Origin: Phycisphaerales bacterium
GTDB taxonomy: Bacteria; Planctomycetota; Phycisphaerae; Phycisphaerales; UBA1924
Direction: 5' to 3'
Length of the DNA stretch: 64,000 nt
Assembly: GCA_038260025.1 (NCBI GenBank)
Contig: JBBSOF010000012.1
Span: forward strand, 7,603-71,602
How positions within the stretch are numbered: position 1 is the first letter of the stretch; each line of letters opens with the position of its first letter. Shown here piece by piece: positions 25,562 to 34,313 of this stretch. The translations under genes were made by a program, and so were the position numbers. A model generated the notes under the pieces. The model had not been told where the DNA came from, searched no databases, and worked only from the letters and a program-made list of their open reading frames with translations.

Positions 25562-27961
25562 TTAGCAGGGGTTGCCCGCCAGCACGCGGAAGAACGCCTC
25601 GATGTCCGAGTCGGTGCCGACGTCGCCATCGCCGTCGAAGTCCGCGCCCAGCATCCAGCACGTGGAGCAGCAGTTGCCGCCCAGGCATGCGAAGAACGCC
25701 TCGATGTCGGCGTCGGTGCCGCTGTCGCCATCACCGTCAAAGTCGGCCGAGCCGCACTGCGGCAGCGGGGCGAGCACCATCGCCGAGGCGCTGGTCGCGG
25801 TGTTGTTGGCGGTTGCGGGCTTGAAGAGGCCGACGCTGACTGCCGCGGGGATCGGCGCCACGTTGGCGTCGAAGCGGAAGTTGTAGAGCGTGCCCCAGCG
25901 GAGTGCATTGGCATCATCGCCGCCTGTCGCGGCGTTGTACGCCTCGGGGCAACTCCACACCACATTGCCGCCCGTCTTGGCACCCGTCCAGTTGTCCAGG
26001 TTCAGGGCCGTGTTGGGGTAGGGCTCGCCGGAGTGGGCGAAGACGCCGTGGAAGCCGACGTTGGTCACCACCGCGCTGGGGTCGATGGGCACCGAGAAGG
26101 AACCGCCGTTGCGGTCGGCGTTCATGTTGTAGACCGCGTACTCGTAGTGCCAGGTGCCGTTGCCATTGTCCGTCACCTTGCAGCCGACAACAAAGCGGCC
26201 GATGATGCCAGCGGAGCTGAAGGTCTGGTCGAGGTAGTCGGCGTTGTCCATCCGCACGGTGGGGTCAAAGTCGGCCCAGGCGTGGATGCCGGCCTTGAAG
26301 CGGATGGTGTTGCCCGCGAACGTCGGCGAGCCGCCGCTCGTGAGCGACGAGGCATTGACAAGGCGGTAGGAGTGGTTGTTCAGGCCATTGGTCGCCGGGA
26401 GCACTCCGCGAGTGAACTGAGCATCGTCCTGCGTCACGTAGTGGGCATCGACGAAGTACTGGGCGCCGTTATTCAGGGCGGGCGTCACATCGTTGGTGAA
26501 TACTTGGAGGCGGCGGCCGATCGTCGCCGGAGCCGCGGGGGCGCTGAAGGGGAAGGGGTAGACAGCGGTGGTGGCGTTCACCTGCGAGCGCGGCCCGAGG
26601 CCGCCCTGGCTGCCGTTAAGGCCCGAGCCGTAGGTGTCGGAGCAGTTGACGCCCAGCTGATCGCCGCCGAAGGGGGGCTGCTGGCAGGTCGCACAGCCGT
26701 TGCTGTTGGTCGACACAAAGCCGTGCTTCAGCCACGACTGGCCGAGCTGCTCAAATCGCCCGTCCTTGAGGCGGTACATGTTCTGCGCGATCACCGGGTG
26801 CTCGTTGGAGCCGTAGCCAGGGTGGTTGTTGTTGTCGATCCAGCTCACGGGGGCATCGCCCAGGTTGCAGGCATCGGTGCCCACCGAGTACGCCGTGACG
26901 TTCACAACGCCGGCCGAGGGATCGACGTCCACCGTGCCGTAGTTGCTCATGTCAGTCAGCGTGCCGATGTACACGTCGGGGCCGGCGGTGGGACAGGCCG
27001 TGACGTTGACAGCAAACACGCCGGTGTTGGTCCGCTGCTCCGCATCGCTCACCGTGAAGGTGATGTTGCGGGGGCCCACGGGCAGGTTCCCGTTGATGGT
27101 CGCGGCATAGCTGAAGCGGTTGTCGCCCGCCGTCACGTCGCCGTTGGTGCCATCGTCATAGAACAGCTGGTTGCTGGACCCGCCGATGTTCGTGAGGTTG
27201 GCGGAAACGGCCAGGCCCGTGCTGGGTGGGCTGAAGCCCGAGGACGCCTGAACCGTGAGCAGAACGTTCACGGGGTTGCCGCAGTTCATGATCGTTGAGG
27301 GGGTGGAAGCGCCCGTGCCCTGCGGCGGGATGGGGCCGTTGGAGCAGGCGAACGTCAGTTGCGTGCCGTTGCCCAGGCCGGTGGTGTTGCAGGAGTACTG
27401 GGCGCTCGGCAGGCTGGTGTGCTGGATGCCGACGGTGGCGCTGCCGCCCGCCTGGTCAAGCGTGCCGTAAACGAACTGGACCTGGCTGGCGTCCTCGTAC
27501 AGGCGGACCTCAAAGTTGGCGTTGCCGCCGCCGCTGAAGTACGTCGTACGCCACTCGATGTTGAACACGCGGTTGGGCGCGACGCCCGAGACCGAGGTGT
27601 AGATGCCGCTGCCGGCGGTGTCGGTCCGCAGATCGTCCCAGTGCGGCTGGAGCGAGATGCCCATGGCGTTGCCAGGGATGCACGTGTTGGAGTAGCCGTT
27701 GTTCGTCGAGCCAAACTGCACGTTGCCGTTGCTGGAAACGGCGGCCTGCCCGTAGGCCTGGCCGTACAGGAGCACGTTGAAGGGGAGGGTAATGTTGGTC
27801 ACGGTGTCATCACCGTGGTTGCCTACATCGGTCGTCCCGGGGACGATGACGCCGGTGGAGCCCGACACGCTGAAACTGGTGCACTGACCCATCGAGGGTG
27901 CGGCCCCTGCCAGGCTGATCAACAACAACGCCGCGGTACCGAGACAATGCTTCCGATGCAT
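25562..27961 (-). CDS. large secreted protein with C-terminal tandem GC-type dockerin-like module
   Basis: Trimmed to MHRKHCLGTAALLLISLAGAAPSMGQ (signal peptide). Asn/Gly/Thr-rich beta-type domains. The C-terminus is CGSADFDGDGDSGTDADIEAFFACLGGNCCSTCWMLGADFDGDGDVGTDSDIEAFFRVLAGNPC-stop. Confidence 0.75.
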   Translation of the reverse strand: MHRKHCLGTAALLLISLAGAAPSMGQCTSFSVSGSTGVIVPGTTDVGNHGDDTVTNITLPFNVLLYGQAYGQAAVSSNGNVQFGSTNNGYSNTCIPGNAMGISLQPHWDDLRTDTAGSGIYTSVSGVAPNRVFNIEWRTTYFSGGGNANFEVRLYEDASQVQFVYGTLDQAGGSATVGIQHTSLPSAQYSCNTTGLGNGTQLTFACSNGPIPPQGTGASTPSTIMNCGNPVNVLLTVQASSGFSPPSTGLAVSANLTNIGGSSNQLFYDDGTNGDVTAGDNRFSYAATINGNLPVGPRNITFTVSDAEQRTNTGVFAVNVTACPTAGPDVYIGTLTDMSNYGTVDVDPSAGVVNVTAYSVGTDACNLGDAPVSWIDNNNHPGYGSNEHPVIAQNMYRLKDGRFEQLGQSWLKHGFVSTNSNGCATCQQPPFGGDQLGVNCSDTYGSGLNGSQGGLGPRSQVNATTAVYPFPFSAPAAPATIGRRLQVFTNDVTPALNNGAQYFVDAHYVTQDDAQFTRGVLPATNGLNNHSYRLVNASSLTSGGSPTFAGNTIRFKAGIHAWADFDPTVRMDNADYLDQTFSSAGIIGRFVVGCKVTDNGNGTWHYEYAVYNMNADRNGGSFSVPIDPSAVVTNVGFHGVFAHSGEPYPNTALNLDNWTGAKTGGNVVWSCPEAYNAATGGDDANALRWGTLYNFRFDANVAPIPAAVSVGLFKPATANNTATSASAMVLAPLPQCGSADFDGDGDSGTDADIEAFFACLGGNCCSTCWMLGADFDGDGDVGTDSDIEAFFRVLAGNPC

Positions 27962-28199
27962 ATGCACACTCCTGCTGATGGGGTTAAGGCGAAGAAACAG
28001 ATGGAAAACCGCGGACGAACCGCCCCCGGCGTCCCGCCAGTGTAATGCCCATGGACAAGGGCACAAGACCGGACCCCGAACTTCATGGTTTTTATAGCCT
28101 GCCAAACCCCGAATATGGGAGGTGGCCGGGCCAGGCGGAGCGCACCTCCGACGTTGGTCCGCACTAACGCGGCCCAGCGGTGCTCACGCGATGCTGCAC

Positions 28200-28622
28200 T
28201 CAGACCCAGATTTGCATGATGACGTTGGGCTCGCGCCCCTGCTTGCCGTTCCATTCGCCCACGCTTGTGGTCGCCATCTTCACCTCAAACTGCGGGTGCG
28301 CATCGAGCCACTCGTTCACCTGCTGATCAAGAAAGTCCAGCGACTCGTTGTTCAGCTTGCAATGAAAGCTCTTGACGTGAGAGGCACCCTTGCCCGTCAC
28401 CACCGGGGACCGCTTCCACCGATCCTCCGGAGACTTCGAGCCAGACCCCAGACGCTGATCAAACGCCTGGATTTTCGGCGACCCCGCATCCATCGCCGGG
28501 CGGGGCGCGCTGGGCACCGGGCCGCTGGAGACAGCGCTGGCTGCGCTACTTGGCACCGGCGTTCCCCCGCCATCGCCGGGCAGACCGCCATCGGGGTGAC
28601 GCACCATCGGATCGTGAGGCAT
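28200..28622 (-). CDS. hypothetical protein (Pro/Ser-rich N-terminus, compact C-terminal domain)
   Basis: Trimmed to MPHDPM with a GGGAG SD. C-terminus is HVKSFHCKLNNESLDFLDQQVNEWLDAHPQFEVKMATTSVGEW..NVIMQIWV. I recognise no family. Confidence 0.45.
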   Translation of the reverse strand: MPHDPMVRHPDGGLPGDGGGTPVPSSAASAVSSGPVPSAPRPAMDAGSPKIQAFDQRLGSGSKSPEDRWKRSPVVTGKGASHVKSFHCKLNNESLDFLDQQVNEWLDAHPQFEVKMATTSVGEWNGKQGREPNVIMQIWV

Positions 28623-28737
28623 CGGCAACTCCCTTCGATTTGAGAAGAAGGACGGGCACAGAAACCCGCAGCACAACGCGCTTCAAGACGCCCCCAGCCT
28701 AATCGGGTCCATCCACAATGCAACCCCGAGCGTCCGC

Positions 28738-29163
28738 TTATTTTCGGTCACCCGTGCCGCCCCTTGCCACAAACGTCCAATCCCCCATGGGCGAGTCCGC
28801 GCCATCCCACACGCGGGTGGTCCCGCCGAACTGGACCTCGACCACTATTCGACCCGCAGTCTCCTTCAACACGCGGCAGCGCCCTGCCGCGACCCGTCGC
28901 ACCGTGCCCCGCCCTCCCGACACTGCACCCTCAAACTCGAGGTACAGCCGCCGGTGGTCCACCATCCGCACGGCCGCAAATCGGTTGTGGGTTGCATCGT
29001 CGATGCGCTCCAGCGTGCGGAATGCCATCAGCAGCGAGCCGGGGTCGTCATCCCGCTCCAGCAGCCAGTCGTAGTGGTCAACATGCGGCGGCACAGGCTC
29101 GGAAGCGGACTTTGGTGCCGCATCGGCAGGGAAGCCCGAATGCCACAAAAGCACTGTTCTCAT
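28738..29163 (-). CDS. stand-alone LigD_N-like (3'-phosphoesterase-like) domain protein
   Basis: HVDHYDWLLE ... VDHRRLYLEFEGAVSGGRGTVRRVAAGRC matches the short LigD_N pattern (HxDxxLE ... DHRxxYLxxEGxxSGxRGxV). Confidence 0.55.
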   Translation of the reverse strand: MRTVLLWHSGFPADAAPKSASEPVPPHVDHYDWLLERDDDPGSLLMAFRTLERIDDATHNRFAAVRMVDHRRLYLEFEGAVSGGRGTVRRVAAGRCRVLKETAGRIVVEVQFGGTTRVWDGADSPMGDWTFVARGGTGDRK

Positions 29164-29291
29164 CGCGGTTGGCCCCGGACGTGCAGGCGATCCTGCCGCG
29201 GAGTCGATAGCATGTGGTCACGCCGGGCGGCCATCATCCCCGTCGCCGCTTTGCCATGCCCTGCCATGCTTCTCCTTTGGAGGTTCGGTTC

Positions 29292-30005
29292 ATGCGGTTC
29301 ACGCCATCCCACGCGGCTGCCACGCTCCTCACCCTGGTCACCCTTGCCGGCCTGGGCTGCTCGGGTCAGCGGCCCCTGCACATCGTCAAGGACAGCGCGG
29401 AGTTTAATGCCGAACACGGCAACTATGAGGCCGCGAAGAAGGACTTTGAGGAATACATCCGCCGCAAGCCCGAAGCCGTGGATGTCCGCTATGAGCACGC
29501 GAAGGCCCTGATGGCCGCGGGTGAGCACCGCGAGGCCATCCGCGAGCTCAACACCTGCCTGGACGTCTTCCCGCTGAATGATGAATACCTCGACTCGCTT
29601 GCAGAAGCGATGTACCAGGCCGGTGAGCGTGATGCTCTGACGGCCCTTCTGGCCCGCAACGCCAGCGAGCGCGGGCGCGTTTCTGACTTTGTCCGACAGG
29701 GCGTCTTCGCGTCGCGCATCGGCAACGCCGATGAGGCCCAACAGGCCCTCAAGACCGCCGCGAAGCTGGATGCGGGCAAGCACGTCGGCCCTCAGCGGGC
29801 CCTCGCCGATTTCTATGGCTCGCTGAACGACCGCACCAAGCAGGTCCGCCACCTGCGGATGGCGTACTACATCCAACCGGCCAACCCGGACACGCTCAAG
29901 GAGATCCGCCGCATCGGTGAAATCCCCGGGCCGTCGTTCGCGATGCGGCCGGAGGACATCACGGACCCGATGCCGCGGTCTACCGAAGTGCCCGAAGAGC
30001 GTTGA
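29292..30005 (+). CDS. TPR-repeat lipoprotein
   Basis: Trimmed to MRFTPSHAAATLLTLVTLAGLGCSG (lipobox). TPR-like helices follow (NYEAAKKDFEEYIRRKPEAVDVRYEHAKALMAAGEHREA..). Confidence 0.65.
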   Translation: MRFTPSHAAATLLTLVTLAGLGCSGQRPLHIVKDSAEFNAEHGNYEAAKKDFEEYIRRKPEAVDVRYEHAKALMAAGEHREAIRELNTCLDVFPLNDEYLDSLAEAMYQAGERDALTALLARNASERGRVSDFVRQGVFASRIGNADEAQQALKTAAKLDAGKHVGPQRALADFYGSLNDRTKQVRHLRMAYYIQPANPDTLKEIRRIGEIPGPSFAMRPEDITDPMPRSTEVPEER

Positions 30006-30043
30006 AACAGCGTTGAAAGCGGGCCGATAGCCTTCTATGCTTC

Positions 30044-30061
30044 CATCCGGATAAACGGATG
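30044..30061. promoter_or_regulatory. perfect 6-6-6 inverted repeat overlapping the start codon of the ArsR-methyltransferase gene (candidate operator)
   Basis: CATCCG-gataaa-CGGATG at 30044-30061; the ATG is at 30059-30061. Position and symmetry only. Confidence 0.25.
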
Positions 30062-31036
30062 AAGCAGCGAGCCGCCCCCAATTCCGAGTCAAGTTCCGAC
30101 CTCGTCATCGAGCGTCTTGCGGCGTTGGGAGACCCCACGCGCCTGCGGGTTTTGCGCCTGCTCGAGGCTGAGGCTCTTTCCGTCGGCGAGGTGGCCAGCG
30201 TCGTCCAGGCCCCCCAGTCCACGATCAGCCGTCATCTGAAGGTGCTCGCCGACGCGGGGTGGGTCGTTCGCCGCAGCGAGGGCACCGCCACGTTTTATCG
30301 GGTCATCCTCGATGACCTCGCGGCAGAGGCCCGCCCGCTCTGGCTCGCCGTCCGCGATCAGCTGGGCCACTCCCTGGAAAGCGCCGAGGACCAGCGCCGG
30401 CTCGCGGCAGTCCTTGCCGAGCGCCGCACCGACAGCCTGAGTTTCTTCGGACGCTACGCAGGCGAGTGGGATCACCTGCGGGCCGAACTGTTCGGCAATC
30501 GCTTCACGAGCATCGCCCTGCTCTCGCTGCTGCGGCGTGACTGGACCGTCGCGGACCTGGGCTGCGGCACCGGCAACGCCTCCGAACTGCTCGCCCCCGT
30601 GGTTGAGAAGGTCATCGCCATCGACATGTCCAGCCCGATGCTCGACGCGGCACGCGAGCGGCTGAAAGATGTCCCCAACGTCACCTTCGTCGCTTCCGGT
30701 GCTGAGCGGCTGCCCATCCCTGATGCCAGCGTCGATGCTGCCGTGGCGGTTCTGGTGCTGCACCACCTTGGGGAACCAGCGGCCATGGTCGCGGAGGCCG
30801 TCCGTGCGCTTCGCTCCGACCGGCACGGCGGCGTGCTGCTGATCGTCGACATGGTCGCCCATCAGCGGGCCGAGTACCGCCACACGATGGGCCATCAGCA
30901 CCTGGGCTTTTCCAAAGAGCACATCACCTCCCTGCTCACGCAGGCCGGCCTGACCGATATTGCTTATCGCGAGCTGCCCGGCTCGCCCGATGCGAAGGGC
31001 CCCTGCCTGTTCGCCGCCACCGGCCGCATCCCATAG
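30059..31036 (+). CDS. ArsR-family HTH fused to class I SAM-methyltransferase-like domain (SahR-like regulator)
   Basis: [47 protein letters not shown] (ArsR HTH) plus [31 protein letters not shown] (SAM-binding fold). Lies directly upstream of ahcY. Confidence 0.75.
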   Translation: MKQRAAPNSESSSDLVIERLAALGDPTRLRVLRLLEAEALSVGEVASVVQAPQSTISRHLKVLADAGWVVRRSEGTATFYRVILDDLAAEARPLWLAVRDQLGHSLESAEDQRRLAAVLAERRTDSLSFFGRYAGEWDHLRAELFGNRFTSIALLSLLRRDWTVADLGCGTGNASELLAPVVEKVIAIDMSSPMLDAARERLKDVPNVTFVASGAERLPIPDASVDAAVAVLVLHHLGEPAAMVAEAVRALRSDRHGGVLLIVDMVAHQRAEYRHTMGHQHLGFSKEHITSLLTQAGLTDIAYRELPGSPDAKGPCLFAATGRIP

Positions 31037-31086
31037 CGTCGATTTTTTTCCCCGTGCCAATCCCCTTCCCCCCTGATGGAGACGAC

Positions 31087-32619
31087 ATGACTGCCACCGC
31101 CGCGAACCCGTCCAAGACCATGAAGCACAGCGCCGCCCACGATTTCAAAGTCGCGGACCTTTCACTCGCCGAACTGGGCCGCAAGGAGATCCGCCTTGCC
31201 GAGCACGAGATGCCCGGGCTGATGGCCCTCCGCGCCCGCTACAAGGGTCAGAAGCCCCTCGCCGGGGCACGCATCATGGGCAGCCTGCACATGACCGTGC
31301 AGACCGCCGTGCTGATCGAGACCCTTGTTGACCTGGGCGCCCATGTCCGCTGGGTGTCGTGCAACATCTTCTCGACGCAGGACAGCGCGGCTGCCGCGAT
31401 CGCGGTGGGTCCCAACGGCACCGTTGAGAACCCCCAGGGCATCGCGGTGTTCGCCTGGAAGGGCGAGACGCTGCCGGAGTATTGGTGGTGCACCGAGCAG
31501 GCCCTGCGCTGGCCCGACGGCGGCGGCCCGAACCTGCTGCTGGATGATGGCGGCGACGCCACGCTGCTCGTACATAAGGGCCTTGAGTTCGAGAAGGCCG
31601 GCAAGGTGCCCGACTTCAAGCCCGACAGCGACCCCGAGGAGTGGGGCGTCATCCTGAAGGCGCTGAAGGATGAGCAGCAGAAGAACCCCGGCCGCTGGAC
31701 CAAGATCGCCGGCGCGATCAAAGGCGTTTCTGAGGAAACCACCACCGGCGTCCACCGCCTCTACGACATGCAGAAGTCGGGCACGCTGCTCTTTCCTGCC
31801 ATCAACGTGAACGACTCGGCGACCAAGAGCAAGTTCGACAACCTGTACGGCTGCCGCCATTCGCTGGTGGATGGCCTCAACCGCGCCACCGACGTCATGC
31901 TCAGCGGCAAGGTGGCCGTGGTGCTCGGTTACGGCGATGTGGGCAAGGGCTGCGCCCAGGCGCTGCGGGGCCAGGGCTGCCGCGTGATCGTGACTGAGAT
32001 TGACCCCATCAACGCCCTGCAGGCGGCGATGGAGGGCTACCAGGTCGCGGTGCTCGAGGACGTCATCGGCGGGGCCGACATCTTCATCACCGCCACCGGC
32101 AACAAGGACGTCATCACGCTTGCCGAGATGAAGCAGATGAAGGACAAGGCGATCGTCGCCAACATCGGCCACTTCGACAACGAGATCGACATGGCCGCGC
32201 TCTACAAAAACGTTGAGAGCAAGGGCGTCAAACGCATCAACATCAAGGCGCAGTACGACGAGTTCGTGTTTAACGAGGGGAAGAAGGACGAGAAGTCCAT
32301 CCTCGTGCTCGCCGAGGGCCGCCTCATGAACCTGGGCTGCGCTACGGGCCACCCCAGCTTCGTCATGTCGTCTTCCTTCACCAACCAGACGATCGCGCAG
32401 ATCGACCTGTGGCTGAACGCCAACAACAAGCCCACGCTCAGCGGCTTCAAGTACGAGACCGGCAAGGTCTACACCCTGCCCAAGAAGCTCGACGAGGAAG
32501 TCGCCCGCCTGCACCTGGACAAGCTGGGCGTCAAGCTTACCCGTCTGCGCGCCGATCAGGCCAGCTACCTGGGTGTTTCACCCGATGGCCCGTACAAGCC
32601 TGATCACTACCGGTATTGA
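31087..32619 (+). CDS. ahcY: adenosylhomocysteinase
   Basis: [67 protein letters not shown] and the PDHYRY C-terminus are unmistakable AhcY motifs. Start at MTATAAN. Confidence 0.95.
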   Translation: MTATAANPSKTMKHSAAHDFKVADLSLAELGRKEIRLAEHEMPGLMALRARYKGQKPLAGARIMGSLHMTVQTAVLIETLVDLGAHVRWVSCNIFSTQDSAAAAIAVGPNGTVENPQGIAVFAWKGETLPEYWWCTEQALRWPDGGGPNLLLDDGGDATLLVHKGLEFEKAGKVPDFKPDSDPEEWGVILKALKDEQQKNPGRWTKIAGAIKGVSEETTTGVHRLYDMQKSGTLLFPAINVNDSATKSKFDNLYGCRHSLVDGLNRATDVMLSGKVAVVLGYGDVGKGCAQALRGQGCRVIVTEIDPINALQAAMEGYQVAVLEDVIGGADIFITATGNKDVITLAEMKQMKDKAIVANIGHFDNEIDMAALYKNVESKGVKRINIKAQYDEFVFNEGKKDEKSILVLAEGRLMNLGCATGHPSFVMSSSFTNQTIAQIDLWLNANNKPTLSGFKYETGKVYTLPKKLDEEVARLHLDKLGVKLTRLRADQASYLGVSPDGPYKPDHYRY

Positions 32620-32644
32620 GTTTCGCTCGCTCGCGGCGCGATAG

Positions 32645-32853
32645 GAGCCGCGCACGAAGTAAGCGTTCCGCGTCCCTGTGCGGGCGTGTATAGCGACGCT
32701 TTGGGCAATCCCCGCTTACTGCGTGCGCGGCTCGTCCCTGATCGCCTCCCACCCTCGCCCCGCGGCGGGGGTGTTTTGTTGGATACCAGCCGCGCACGAA
32801 GTATGCGTGTGCAGCAGCGTCCTGAGCATTCCTCGCGTACTTCGTGCGCGGCT
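32645..32853. repeat. four copies of a ~20-nt REP-like arm in alternating orientation (two long hairpins)
   Basis: gagccgcgcacgaagtaagcg (32645-65) pairs with cgcttactgcgtgcgcggctc (32713-33). agccgcgcacgaagtatgcg (32788-807) pairs with cgcgtacttcgtgcgcggct (32834-53). One mismatch per pair. Sits between the convergent ahcY and tolC-like stops. Confidence 0.7.
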
Positions 32854-32860
32854 CGTATGG

Positions 32861-34231
32861 CTAATTCGTCGCCGGCCCCACCTCGCCCGCCGGCAACTGC
32901 CCCGGCGTAAGCAGGCGAAACTGGCCGGTTGCCCGCAGCAGGTTGAGGTAGAACACCTTCTGGTTGTAGTGCTCGTTGCTCAGCTGAAGCTGCGCGCTCA
33001 GCAGCTGGTTCTGCGTGGACAACTGATCGAGGTTGGTCGCCGTGCCCACGCGGTACTGCGCCGCCGCAAGGTCATTCGCGCGGCGCGCCGCCACCACGCC
33101 AACCTCCAACTCGCGCAGCTTGTTGGTGCTGGTGATAAAATCTTCGTAGGCCAGCTGGATGTCCTCGTGCAGCAGTCGCGCGAAGCGGTCCTGCGTCAGC
33201 ACCGCCTGACGAAGCTGCGAGTACGCGGCGCGCACGTCCTGGTGGATCAGCCCTGCGTTGAAGATCGGCTCAAACAGCGACAGCCCGATGGAGTAGGGGT
33301 TGCCCCCGCCGGGCCTTGTGTACAGCAGGTAGCTCAGGTTGAGGTTGGCGCTGGGGTAGTACTGCGCGTACGCGCTCTCGAGGACCAGCGATGCCACCTC
33401 CACGCCCTCGCGTGCCGCGGCAAAGTCCAGGCGGTTGTCGATCGCTGCCTGCTCGAAGTCATCGGGCGAGGGCTGCTCGAGCGAGGGCTCGAAGAGGTCT
33501 GCCAGCGGCTGATCGAGCTGGCGCAGGCCCAGCAAAAAGGCAAGCGTCGTCCGCGCGTTACGGGCGTTGCTCTCGGCCTGCAGCAGCGCGACGCGCGTGC
33601 TCGATTCATCTGCCTGCGCCTGCGCCAGGTCCAGCGGGCGGGCGATGCCCAGGCGGGTCCGCGCCTGAATATCGCGCACCTGCTCGCCGCGCAGCAGCAG
33701 CGAGTTCTCCAGCACCCGCACCGAGTCCTCGCTCACCAGCACCTGGTAGAAGTTCGCCGCGACGCCGATCAGCACCGTCTGCTGCAGGTCCAGCAGCAGC
33801 AGGCGCTGCTGCTCGGCGCTCGCGCCTGCCACTTCGATGTTCTTGAGCGTGCGAAGGTTGAAAACCGTGACCGAGCCGCTGAGCCCCACGCTGCGCGAGC
33901 TGCCGCTGTTCGAGCCGTTTCCTGAGAAGTTATACCCCGCCGACGCCGACACATTGGGCAGCAGCCCTGCCGCGGCACGGGCACGGCTGATGAGCGACTG
34001 AAGGTACTGCTCGCCGCGGATTGAAAGCTGCTCGTCGTTCAGGTTGGCAAGAAAGAGCGCCCGCTGAAGCGTCAGCGGCTCATCGTGGCGGAGTTCCTCC
34101 ACTATCTGCGGCATGCCCTGGTCCAACTCGCGTCGGTAGGTGTCCACCTCCGCCTGCTGGTTGACGGTGCAGGCCGGGAGGAAGAGCGCCGCCATCGCAA
34201 CAACGACGGGGATGCTGCAATGCCGCAGCAT
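32861..34231 (-). CDS. TolC/NodT-family outer membrane efflux protein (lipoprotein-type signal)
   Basis: Trimmed to MLRHCSIPVVVAMAALFLPAC (lipobox). Two internal repeats of the coiled OEP pattern. Last gene of the macA-macB operon. Confidence 0.8.
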   Translation of the reverse strand: MLRHCSIPVVVAMAALFLPACTVNQQAEVDTYRRELDQGMPQIVEELRHDEPLTLQRALFLANLNDEQLSIRGEQYLQSLISRARAAAGLLPNVSASAGYNFSGNGSNSGSSRSVGLSGSVTVFNLRTLKNIEVAGASAEQQRLLLLDLQQTVLIGVAANFYQVLVSEDSVRVLENSLLLRGEQVRDIQARTRLGIARPLDLAQAQADESSTRVALLQAESNARNARTTLAFLLGLRQLDQPLADLFEPSLEQPSPDDFEQAAIDNRLDFAAAREGVEVASLVLESAYAQYYPSANLNLSYLLYTRPGGGNPYSIGLSLFEPIFNAGLIHQDVRAAYSQLRQAVLTQDRFARLLHEDIQLAYEDFITSTNKLRELEVGVVAARRANDLAAAQYRVGTATNLDQLSTQNQLLSAQLQLSNEHYNQKVFYLNLLRATGQFRLLTPGQLPAGEVGPATN

Positions 34232-34273
34232 CCGTGCCCTCCCCAACGCAGGTGTAACGCGCCCGAGAAATGG

Positions 34274-34310
34274 TGCACGGACCCCTCTCGGAGAGAGGGG
34301 GTACCCAGGA
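34274..34310 (-). repeat. GGGTACCCCCTCTCTCCGAGAGGGG hairpin element (copy 1)
   Basis: The minus strand reads tcctgggtaccccctctctccgagaggggtccgtgc. 8-bp stem CCCCTCTC/GAGAGGGG with a 3-nt loop. Intercistronic between the ABC permease stop and the tolC-like start. Confidence 0.55.
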
Positions 34311-34313
34311 GTA

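Noticed and set aside
25550-27298. 582-aa plus-strand ORF
   Set aside because: It is antisense to the large secreted dockerin-tagged protein. It is Val/Gly/Ala/Arg-rich with no signal peptide or domain pattern.
28060-28100. Sigma54-like TGGCA motif upstream of the 27961 gene (minus strand reads TTGGCAGGCTATAAAAACC)
   Set aside because: There is no TTGC element at the required 5-nt spacing, and the TTGGCA/TATAAA spacing is also wrong for sigma70.
31037-31086. Possible SAH riboswitch in front of ahcY
   Set aside because: Only 50 nt are available and no pseudoknot-capable GC-rich motif is visible. Regulation by the adjacent SahR-like protein is more plausible.
31162-32514. 450-aa minus-strand ORF
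   Set aside because: It is antisense to ahcY, which is unambiguous.
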